From the NCBI GenBank assembly GCA_964589775.1, contig CAZPUN010000023.1, forward strand, positions 128,456-160,455: 32,000 nt of DNA, in the 5' to 3' direction. Source of the stretch: an uncultured archaeon. GTDB taxonomy: Archaea > Asgardarchaeota > Thorarchaeia > Thorarchaeales > CAZPUN01. The translations under genes were made by a program, and so were the position numbers. Below are positions 16,965 through 25,014 of this stretch, in pieces. Positions within the stretch are counted from its first letter, which is position 1, and every line of letters begins with the position of its first letter. The notes under the pieces are model-generated. The model was not told where the DNA came from. It saw nothing but the letters and a program-made list of their open reading frames with translations, and did not search any database.

Positions 16965-18788
16965 TTATTTTTTACTTTTTGTATCAACAAAATAATATTG
17001 TCCAGTTGCTTTTTGTTGTGTATCCATCTGGCTTCCTTCTTTGTTAATTCGTGGTCTTCCTGTTTGTGGGTCTCTTCTGAATGTTACTCCCATATCTTTC
17101 AAGAATTTGTTCATTCCTACTTTTAGTGGCAGTACTGAAGATGCATGTCCTTCAACACCGGGAGTTCCATCGAATACTACAAGACTATCACTGATATAAT
17201 CCGCCGTAATCATAGAATGTTCAACAATGAATGCCGCGGCAAATCTGCTTTGGATTACCTTTCGAATGGCGCGTGCAGCTTCTAATCTTTGTTCAACGTC
17301 CAAGAATGCAGATGGTTCGTCCAATAGATATAAATCTGCATCTCTCGCAAGACAACCTGCAATGGCTACACGCTGTAGTTCGCCTCCACTTAGCTCCGGA
17401 ACTGGGCGCTCCATTAACTTATCAAGTTCTAATCTTTTTATGACGGTTGTTTGAAAATCTGCGGTGGATGCGTATTCGCCCCCTATCTTTGCAAGAAACA
17501 TTCTCACTGTACCATCAAAATCTGCTTTGAGATATTGTGGTTTATAACTAACTTTTAGCTTTTCTTCTTCTTCTTTTGAAATTGGTGAATCGCCCTTATC
17601 CGGTGCGAGCACGCCTGCAAGAATTTTTACAAATGTTGTTTTTCCAATTCCATTTGGTCCTAAAATTCCAATAATTTCACCTTTATGAACTCTGCCCGGA
17701 CTGATCTTGAGCTTGAATTTTTCAAAATGCTTTTCCATTTCTCCATATTCTAGCAATACTTCTTGTGCGGAAAAATCAGTTCCCGCACCACTTCCATGAT
17801 GGAAGTAAATCTTTGTATCTCGAAATCGGATATTTTCGTCGGGCAGGAATCCATCTAAATATATGTTTATACCAACTCTTGTCCCGTGAGGATTTGATAC
17901 AATACCGTATACACTTGGCTTGCCATAAAATATAGAAACATAATCTGAGACATAGTCTAATATAGATAAGTCGTGTTCGACTACAACTACGGTTTTTCCT
18001 TTTTCGGCTAGTTTTCTGATCGCTTTTCCCGTCTTTAATCTTTCAGCTACATCCAAGTATGCTGTTGGTTCATCAAATAAGTATATATCGCCTTCTCGTA
18101 CGATTGCTGCAGCTATTGCTATTCTTTGCAATTCTCCTCCACTAAGATGCTTTATTTTTCGATTCCATATTTTATCTAATGTCAACATATCTTTTACTTC
18201 ATCAAGTCTTCCGGAAGTATTTACTTTCTCTAATAGCTGTCCTACGGTTGCTTCTGCTATGCTTGGCAGTTTTGGTAAATCCGTAATATTCTGAGGTTTG
18301 AAAATTGCTTTTATTTTTCCATCTCTCATCTTTTCAAAGAATGGTTGGAGCTCTGAACCTCTGTAGTATCTAATTATCTCATCCCAATCTGGTGGATCAT
18401 CAAATTTACCTAGATTTGGCTTGATTTCTCCTGCTAATATTTTCATTGCGGTTGATTTTCCTACTCCATTTGGTCCTACAAGTCCTAATACCTTCTGTGG
18501 TTTTGGAATAGGAAGTCTAAATAGCTTAAAGCTATTGGCACCATATCTATGGGATGTATCACTATCTAATTCCTCTGGAAGATTAATTATAGTTATTGCA
18601 TTAAATGGGCATTTCTTAACACAAATTCCACAACCCGTACATAATTCTTCCACGATGACTGGTGGTTTTCCTTCGACTGGAAATACAACAGCGTCTGAAC
18701 CGGTTCGGACAATTGGACAGAAACGTCGGCACTCTTGAGTACAATCTTTTACTTTACATCTATCTTTATCTACTATTGCTAACCTCAC
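16965..18788 (-). CDS. rli: Ribosome recycling ATPase ABCE1/RLI
   Basis: N-terminal 2x[4Fe-4S] Cys pattern (C..K.C..EC..FCP; CTGCGICVKKCPF), two NBDs (GPNGVGKST, GPNGIGKTT, LSGGELQR x2), hinge TFRRDP.TGRPRINK. Confidence 0.98.
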   Translation of the reverse strand: MRLAIVDKDRCKVKDCTQECRRFCPIVRTGSDAVVFPVEGKPPVIVEELCTGCGICVKKCPFNAITIINLPEELDSDTSHRYGANSFKLFRLPIPKPQKVLGLVGPNGVGKSTAMKILAGEIKPNLGKFDDPPDWDEIIRYYRGSELQPFFEKMRDGKIKAIFKPQNITDLPKLPSIAEATVGQLLEKVNTSGRLDEVKDMLTLDKIWNRKIKHLSGGELQRIAIAAAIVREGDIYLFDEPTAYLDVAERLKTGKAIRKLAEKGKTVVVVEHDLSILDYVSDYVSIFYGKPSVYGIVSNPHGTRVGINIYLDGFLPDENIRFRDTKIYFHHGSGAGTDFSAQEVLLEYGEMEKHFEKFKLKISPGRVHKGEIIGILGPNGIGKTTFVKILAGVLAPDKGDSPISKEEEEKLKVSYKPQYLKADFDGTVRMFLAKIGGEYASTADFQTTVIKRLELDKLMERPVPELSGGELQRVAIAGCLARDADLYLLDEPSAFLDVEQRLEAARAIRKVIQSRFAAAFIVEHSMITADYISDSLVVFDGTPGVEGHASSVLPLKVGMNKFLKDMGVTFRRDPQTGRPRINKEGSQMDTQQKATGQYYFVDTKSKK

Positions 18789-18875
18789 GGGATGGCACGC
18801 TCACATAATCTCTACTTTCTCATGTTTACTCTTTTATTATATGTCTTATTGTTAGTGTTAATTTGTTATATTTAA

Positions 18876-18991
18876 CAAGTTTCCTCGCCGAGATATAGCG
18901 AGTATGTTCATGAAACACCATCACAAGGCAGCCTGTACGCAGAACTCTCGCTTTTTAATGCAGCGAGTATGTTAGGACTGATCTGTGGTCC
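18876..18991 (-). ncRNA. Candidate structured RNA / duplicated hairpin element between cofE and rli
   Basis: Two copies of AACATACTCGCT-loop-RGCGAG (minus strand) 65 nt apart, plus a GGAC/GTCC hairpin. Confidence 0.3.
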
Positions 18992-19060
18992 TTAAATATG
19001 TTTATTTATAGAAAAATAATGAAACTGGGGACGTTCTCCTTTTTCTCTCGACCCGACATG

Positions 19061-19873
19061 TCATATCCGACCCTCGTCCCCAGAACTTTTCTCCTTGTAT
19101 GCTTGATGCCATTGTTCAAAAATATTCATATACATACATTGATCTGGCGGCATCCACATATCTTTTGATTCAAATGTTTTATCTACAAATCTAACTGGTG
19201 CACCACGAATAATAACTGCTGGAATAGACTCATTTGATTCCCCCATAAGAACTTCTGCAGCAGAAGTCAAATTATCTGCGACGGCTCTTCGTGTTATTCT
19301 TAATGGTTTTCCAAAAAGATCTTTTCTTCCTCGTTCATCTTCTACTGGAACAAAACCTGATACCGCAAGTGCCATACCAATATTTCCAACACGTAATGGT
19401 TGTGTTCTACTGTCTGCAATTATAACTCCAATACTTTTTCCAGTTTTTTCTTTTACGATGCTTCTTATTTTTTCAGCACTTCCTGCAGGATCTTTAGGAA
19501 GTACTTGTGCGTATCCCTCCGGAACATTAGATTTATCTACTCCTGCATTTGCCATTAAGGTGTTATATTTGATTGTTAGAATAACATGCGGTATTCCCCC
19601 AAGAATTTCATCTGATTCATCAAGAACTAATTGTGCGATTTCAGGTAATAATTCATATTTTTCTGCCATTTTGATAGCTTCTTCTGATGGTTTAATGTCT
19701 GTCAATTTAATAGTACATCCTTCAGTTGTTCCTAGAGGTGTTTCCGCAATTACTAAAATATCCTTATCTTGAAAACTCAGATTTTGTTGTTTCATTGCTT
19801 CAAAAATTACATCCATTAGATCATCATCAGGAGTTATAATTCGAGTTTTTATAGGGAATAGTTCCATTTTCAT
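19061..19873 (-). CDS. cofE: Coenzyme F420-0:L-glutamate ligase
   Basis: DILVIAE...EG, LMANAGVDKSN, LPKDP..SA..IR, GVIIADS..PLR.G, DERGRKDLFG.PL..T..AVAD.L.SAA..LMGE..E.IP. Confidence 0.92.
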   Translation of the reverse strand: MKMELFPIKTRIITPDDDLMDVIFEAMKQQNLSFQDKDILVIAETPLGTTEGCTIKLTDIKPSEEAIKMAEKYELLPEIAQLVLDESDEILGGIPHVILTIKYNTLMANAGVDKSNVPEGYAQVLPKDPAGSAEKIRSIVKEKTGKSIGVIIADSRTQPLRVGNIGMALAVSGFVPVEDERGRKDLFGKPLRITRRAVADNLTSAAEVLMGESNESIPAVIIRGAPVRFVDKTFESKDMWMPPDQCMYMNIFEQWHQAYKEKSSGDEGRI

Positions 19874-19886
19874 TATTGTCGCCCCT

Positions 19887-19908
19887 CAAAAAAGAAAAAA
19901 ATGAAAAT
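19887..19908 (-). terminator. Putative oligo-U archaeal terminator after thrS
   Basis: Minus strand ATTTTCATTTTTTTCTTTTTTG about 10 nt after the thrS stop. Confidence 0.4.
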
Positions 19909-19917
19909 ATACCTGCT

Positions 19918-21759
19918 TTATCTATATCCAGGTCTCTGAGATAATAATCGAGGTATCGTAAGTTCTCGTTTTGGATATCCTTTTGTTTCTTCGGTTATTT
20001 TCTCGATTAATTCGTCTTCTGTAATTTTGATATTTTCTCTAGTTGCTCTAACACGTACTGATAGTTTTCCGGATTTTATCTCTTGCTCTCCAAGAACCAC
20101 AATAAATGGTATCCATTTTGTTTCGGCTTCTCTCATTCGATATGATAGTTTTTCATCTCTATCATCTATATCTACTCGGAATCCCGCTTGTTCAATTTTA
20201 TCTGCGAGTTCGTTCGCCTTTGATAGCATTTCTGAGCCCATTGGAATTATTCGAACTTGAACTGGTGAAAGCCAGACTGGTAGCATTGGTTTCTTACCTT
20301 GTTTCTCCATTAATACAATGCTATCTAGAACTGTGTACAAGTATCGTTCGATTGTTCCAATTAAAGCTGTATGTATTATGGGTGGATATTGCTTCTGATC
20401 GTTTTCATCTCTGTATGTAATTTCAAATCTCTTTGCATTACCAATATCGATCTGGAATGTGCCAATTTCTCTTGGGCGTTTCATAGTATCAACAATGCAG
20501 TATTCGATATTAATTACCCAATAGAATTTATTTTCTGGAACAAAGTGTAGTAATACTGGTTTGCCTTCCTTCTTCACAAGACTCATAATATAATCCTTTT
20601 CTTTCTCAAAATATGATTTTGTTAAATTATATAATGATACATATTCACGTCCAAGGTTCTTTGCTTCGTTTAGAATTATTTCATGTAATTTCAGAGTGAC
20701 TTCTTGACTATCTTTTACGTCTTTTGTGAATACATGAAAGTCAGGCATATGCAGCTTTCTAGTCCTAAAGGACAGCATCAATTCTCCTTTTTGTTCAAGT
20801 CTATATGAATCTGCTACTTCAAAGGCTCCAAATGGTAGATTCTTGTAGCTAATTATCCAGTCTTTTACCATTGCGAATTGTTGATGACATGCTGCATATC
20901 GCATAACAAAATCTTTCTCATCCACTGAAACTTTATACAATCTATCTCCGAACAATTCTGCATGTGTTCTTACTGGTGGTGCTGATAAATCAAACATGTT
21001 TGTTCCCTTGACCATCATCGTGGGAACGCCTGATTTCTTTACGACAGTCCATGCATAATCTGCAATCAAATCAAATATGATAGTTCCCTCAGGACCATAT
21101 CTCATATGGCCCGCATCTGAAAGTGGTTCCCACTCGATGCCAAATTTTTTCAAATATTCTTGATATTTCGGAGTACCCTTTACTTCAAATGGTTCCTTGA
21201 AAACTTCTTTTGCGACAAGTCTTTCAAAGTCTTTGTCTTTCTTTGTAAACTTGTATTCCTTAGGATCGTACGTTTTCCCATCAGGTGTCAAAATTAGAAA
21301 TTCTTCTGCTGCTTCTTCTGCTTTTGCAGTAATCTTTTTTGGTTGTATGTGTCGGGATAATTCTGATAATGGATGCCCTTTACACGATACTGTAAAGCTC
21401 TTATACCAACCAAACATAGCTCTATGTACCTCAAATTTTTCAGCTTTGAGTGCTTTCTCAAGTTCCTTTAGCACCCGCAATGCAACATCTGGAGACGAAA
21501 GATCTGAGGATATGTGGGCAAAGGGATAAATGACTATTTTTTCTGCATTAACTTGCTCAGCAACTTTCTTGATTTCTGTTACAGCATTTTCAATAAGTGC
21601 AGGTTCATCTCTTGAATCCCCTTTTTCCACAGCAGTGAATACTACAAGGCATTCATCAATTCGCTGGGGTTCCATTGAATCAATTTCTTCTGCACTATCA
21701 ATAGCTTTTTTCTTTGGTTGGAACTCTAAGAAATCTGAATGTATTAACAATATTCTCAA
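19918..21759 (-). CDS. thrS: Threonine--tRNA ligase, archaeal type (N-terminal DTD-like editing domain)
   Basis: (M)RILLIHSD start at TTG 21759. IYPFAHISSDL, FGWYK.F..SCKGHPLSELSR, MRYAAC, SYRLEQ.GE, MPDFH, LPVWLSPVQVR anticodon domain. Confidence 0.97.
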   Translation of the reverse strand: MRILLIHSDFLEFQPKKKAIDSAEEIDSMEPQRIDECLVVFTAVEKGDSRDEPALIENAVTEIKKVAEQVNAEKIVIYPFAHISSDLSSPDVALRVLKELEKALKAEKFEVHRAMFGWYKSFTVSCKGHPLSELSRHIQPKKITAKAEEAAEEFLILTPDGKTYDPKEYKFTKKDKDFERLVAKEVFKEPFEVKGTPKYQEYLKKFGIEWEPLSDAGHMRYGPEGTIIFDLIADYAWTVVKKSGVPTMMVKGTNMFDLSAPPVRTHAELFGDRLYKVSVDEKDFVMRYAACHQQFAMVKDWIISYKNLPFGAFEVADSYRLEQKGELMLSFRTRKLHMPDFHVFTKDVKDSQEVTLKLHEIILNEAKNLGREYVSLYNLTKSYFEKEKDYIMSLVKKEGKPVLLHFVPENKFYWVINIEYCIVDTMKRPREIGTFQIDIGNAKRFEITYRDENDQKQYPPIIHTALIGTIERYLYTVLDSIVLMEKQGKKPMLPVWLSPVQVRIIPMGSEMLSKANELADKIEQAGFRVDIDDRDEKLSYRMREAETKWIPFIVVLGEQEIKSGKLSVRVRATRENIKITEDELIEKITEETKGYPKRELTIPRLLSQRPGYR

Positions 21760-22006
21760 GTGACACACTTCCAGATCTTTTATTTTGTTAATTTATTCTT
21801 TTATTTTTAAAATAATATTGTATATCTTGTGACCATTTACATCTTAAGAACGTTGCGACTTGTTCTACCATGAAAAAAAGCTAGTTTTTTATATAGAATT
21901 TCATATATATTATATTTAAAATAGCAATATGCATTTAAGTAGCGTTTATAATTATTTAAAATTGAATTATTTTATTCAAAAATTAAAAATTTAATGGGTG
22001 GCCACA

Positions 22007-22879
22007 TTGATAAGAGAATTACACGTCTTTGATAAAGAAAAATTGGTCTTCAAGGATTCAATAGTTCCTACAAAAGGAATTGATTTGGAAAAGATTCTTT
22101 ACGTTACAGTAAGTTCTGCATTTCAGCAAAAGGAATGGCGAATTGATAGTCTTGAAATTTCACGCTATAGATTTACTTACACAAATGCCCATGGGTATGC
22201 TTTTGTTATGACGTCTGATAGGGCCGCCACAAAAGAGAAAATTGAAGAAGCTTTTATGAAGGTAATTACTGAATTTGTCAAGATTTGCATGGATTCAAAA
22301 TGCAATGATGAAGATACAAAAGAAGACTTTAAGGATGCTTTTAGACGGATTGCAGGACGATTGCCCATTAAATTCTGTCTTGCAGGACATGGTGGAACTG
22401 GAAAAACTACATTGTTAGAACTTGCTATTCTGCCTACAAAAGGCCCCCCTCAGAAATATGTTCCTACATTCTTTGGCGATAAAGCCATGTTAAAATCAGA
22501 TTTTGATCCATATGTACTTTCACTATTTGACCTTGGTGGTCAGGATCGATTTGTACAAGAATGGAGCAAAATAATTCGAGCGAGTAGTGGCGTAATTGTT
22601 GTAAGTGATTCTACACCCGCAAATATATCTTGGCTACGAAGAGTTGCATTGCCAGTTCTCAAAGCGAATTTGCCATATTCTCGTGCAATTGCTCTTGCGA
22701 ATAAGCAAGATCTGCCCGGTGCATTATCCCCTGAAGAAGTAGAGCGCCGTCTCGGAATTCCCGCATATCCTATGATTGCGAATCGGAAAGAAAATCGCGA
22801 TAAATGGCTGAAATTGCTAAAGGATTTATTGTTCGAGAATTTAAGATTTATAGTTATAGGAGATGTTCCCGATGAGTGA
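22007..22879 (+). CDS. Longin domain fused to Arf-related small GTPase
   Basis: N-terminal about 115 aa has a longin pattern (IRELHVF...YRFTYTNAHGYAFVMTSD + helix). G1 GHGGTGKTT, G2 YVPT, G3 FDLGGQ, G4 ANKQDLPGA. Start TTG 22007 behind GGGTGG (GTG 21998 is the alternative). Confidence 0.88.
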   Translation: MIRELHVFDKEKLVFKDSIVPTKGIDLEKILYVTVSSAFQQKEWRIDSLEISRYRFTYTNAHGYAFVMTSDRAATKEKIEEAFMKVITEFVKICMDSKCNDEDTKEDFKDAFRRIAGRLPIKFCLAGHGGTGKTTLLELAILPTKGPPQKYVPTFFGDKAMLKSDFDPYVLSLFDLGGQDRFVQEWSKIIRASSGVIVVSDSTPANISWLRRVALPVLKANLPYSRAIALANKQDLPGALSPEEVERRLGIPAYPMIANRKENRDKWLKLLKDLLFENLRFIVIGDVPDE

Positions 22880-23438
22880 TGAATTGTCTTCAGTGATTTC
22901 AAAAATAGAAGACGCAACAAGAGAGTTACGACAGAAAATCACAGTGGAGCAGGATACAGAAATTAATAAAAAATTAGATAATATCATTGAGGACATTTCT
23001 ACACTTAAGATTACTATTAATCGTATAGCTTCGACCATTGCAACAATATCTACAAAAAATGACCAAATACTTAGTATTCTCTCAAGTAAAAAGATTCCTG
23101 TTGTTGAAGAAAAGCCATCTGAGCCTGAAATGCCAGAAATTCATATTGAAGAGTCTTCTATGGCCAAAAACGTTGAGGCAGCTACTGAAGAAGTATCTGA
23201 AGTATCCGAAGTCTCAGAACTTTCAGAAAAAGAACGTACAAGGCTTGAACAAGAACTTAGAACATTAGAAAGCAATCGTGATATTCTACAAGAGCGATTA
23301 AATGAATTATATGAATTGAGTCTTTCAGATCCAACATCTGAAAGCGAATATGAAGCTGAAATTGAGGAAAAAGAATCATCATTAAAAGAAACGAAAAAGA
23401 AAATACGATCAATTAAAAGAAAGCTTGGGAGGTCGTAA
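22872..23438 (+). CDS. Coiled-coil / acidic linker / C-terminal helical-hairpin protein
   Basis: SD AGGAGA then ATG 22872, overlapping the GTPase stop. Heptads, E-rich linker, hairpin LNEL...DPTSESEY. Confidence 0.75.
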   Translation: MSDELSSVISKIEDATRELRQKITVEQDTEINKKLDNIIEDISTLKITINRIASTIATISTKNDQILSILSSKKIPVVEEKPSEPEMPEIHIEESSMAKNVEAATEEVSEVSEVSELSEKERTRLEQELRTLESNRDILQERLNELYELSLSDPTSESEYEAEIEEKESSLKETKKKIRSIKRKLGRS

Positions 23439-23440
23439 AG

Positions 23441-23776
23441 TTGGGTATTTTTGATTCATTGTTAAGAAAGAAATACAAGAAGAAAATGGTTCATATTGAG
23501 CCCAAAGAATCCGAAGTTGCCCCTAAAAAGGAAGAAGTAACTAGCAGTGAAGAGATTGATACTCTTCTAAAGCAATATCAAGAGCTAATTAAAAAGCGTG
23601 ATGCATTAATAAAAGATCGCCAAGAATTAACCGAAAAGCTAGATCGCGGTGAAGTCACGCCTACCGAATTTAGAAAGATTTTGATAGAGAAGATAAAAGA
23701 AAACACTCAAATCTCAATGCAAATTCGGGATATTTCTGCAAAATTAGCTAAATTAGGACATCCTGTAGTTGGATAA
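23441..23776 (+). CDS. Small protein with N-terminal amphipathic/basic helix and steadiness-box-like helical hairpin
   Basis: TTG start with SD GGAGGT. MGIFDSLLRKKYKKK; LTEKLDRGEVTPTEFRKIL. Confidence 0.75.
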   Translation: MGIFDSLLRKKYKKKMVHIEPKESEVAPKKEEVTSSEEIDTLLKQYQELIKKRDALIKDRQELTEKLDRGEVTPTEFRKILIEKIKENTQISMQIRDISAKLAKLGHPVVG

Positions 23777-23795
23777 CACATAGGTGAAAATCAAT

Positions 23796-25004
23796 ATGAG
23801 CGCAGACAAGAGTTCCGATACGATTCAGCGAATTTCAGAGAAGTTTTCCTCAATGATAATTAATGAGGAGGTCATGTTTCAAAAAACGCAAGACCGTTTA
23901 AATAACAGTCTTGAGATTCTTAGTGGTGCAATTCAAAATCAAGGTGACTTTATAGAATCTCAGAAAAAAGCTATCAAGGATACATTATCAAAAAGATTAA
24001 TGACTGAAGTAGGACTCGGTGTGTTTGCATCAAAAACAATCAAGGTTGTAAATGAGGAAATCGAGCGACATCTATCCGCCAAAGAAATTATCAATCCATT
24101 TGAAAATATAATTCATCAAAATCGTGAAGAAATATCTGAAATTCTTGAAAAGACAAAAAATAATATTGTCTCTTTAACTAATACCACTAAAGATCAAATT
24201 CTAAATATAATTTCAACACTACTTGAACATAATAGTTCGCTAAAGTCTGAGATTACTGAGAAAAACAATGAATTAAAGAAAGCTAATGAATCCATTGCAA
24301 ATCTAAAGGCGACTATTGTATCACAAAAACAAGAAATCGAGAGTCTTACAAAAAAGACAGTAGATTTGCAGAATGAAATAAAATTACTAGAATCCCAGAT
24401 CACAAAATTAAGTCAGAAAAACATACAGCTCATGACTTCATTAGAAAATACCAAACAAGCCCTTAAAGAAGCTCAAAAATTGATTGAAAGTATGGGTGCG
24501 GGTGAAATAAAGGATGCTCTTCAACGTGAAATCAAGAAAAATGAAGAGCTTAAATCTGAATTGGCAGACCTCGATAAGAAACACACAGATTTATCTCAAA
24601 AGTATTCCAAATTGCTTGAAGAGAATACCAAGCTGAAAGACAAACTAAATATCGCGACCATTGAAATTGAAAATAAGAGTAAAGCGATCAGTGAACTTGA
24701 AAAAGATGTACGTGATAAAACCAGTCGAATAGAGCAGTTAGAACAAGAGATTCGTGATTTTCAAGAACGCTGGAACCGGTTGTATAATCTTGCAGAACAT
24801 GAACTTAATTTCAGAATTTACTTTATGATCGAAGATAAAGGCGGCGATTGGGTGGAATTAAATCAAATTTCTAAGGCTCTTGGTATTCCACGTGCTCGTG
24901 TGGCTGCACTTATTAAGCAGTTTGCAGATAGTGGTCTAGTAGAAATATCTGGAAACAAAGCTCGTGCAGTTAAATTTATACGACCTGAAGGAAGCTTTGT
25001 ATGA
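23796..25004 (+). CDS. Long coiled-coil protein with C-terminal winged-helix domain
   Basis: SD AGGTGA then ATG 23796. About 190 aa of continuous heptads; C-terminus FRIYFMIEDKGG.WVELNQISKALGI....VAALIKQFADSGLVEI. Confidence 0.8.
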   Translation: MSADKSSDTIQRISEKFSSMIINEEVMFQKTQDRLNNSLEILSGAIQNQGDFIESQKKAIKDTLSKRLMTEVGLGVFASKTIKVVNEEIERHLSAKEIINPFENIIHQNREEISEILEKTKNNIVSLTNTTKDQILNIISTLLEHNSSLKSEITEKNNELKKANESIANLKATIVSQKQEIESLTKKTVDLQNEIKLLESQITKLSQKNIQLMTSLENTKQALKEAQKLIESMGAGEIKDALQREIKKNEELKSELADLDKKHTDLSQKYSKLLEENTKLKDKLNIATIEIENKSKAISELEKDVRDKTSRIEQLEQEIRDFQERWNRLYNLAEHELNFRIYFMIEDKGGDWVELNQISKALGIPRARVAALIKQFADSGLVEISGNKARAVKFIRPEGSFV

Positions 25005-25014
25005 GGGGATAAAA

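Noticed and set aside
18884-18973. Mini-CRISPR array or hammerhead ribozyme
   Set aside because: Only two copies with 12 nt of exact identity, different loops and no cas genes. No CUGAnGA core in the right position on either strand.
19061-19873. cofE as evidence of methanogenesis
   Set aside because: F420 synthesis genes are widespread in non-methanogens.
22872-23776. ESCRT-III (Snf7/CdvB) or definite vps23/vps28/vps37 gene calls
   Set aside because: No Snf7 core, UEV or Vps28 C-domain is visible, and no Vps4 is nearby. Only the hairpin resemblance is reported.
23796-25004. SMC / chromosome segregation ATPase
   Set aside because: Coiled coil only; no Walker motifs or hinge.
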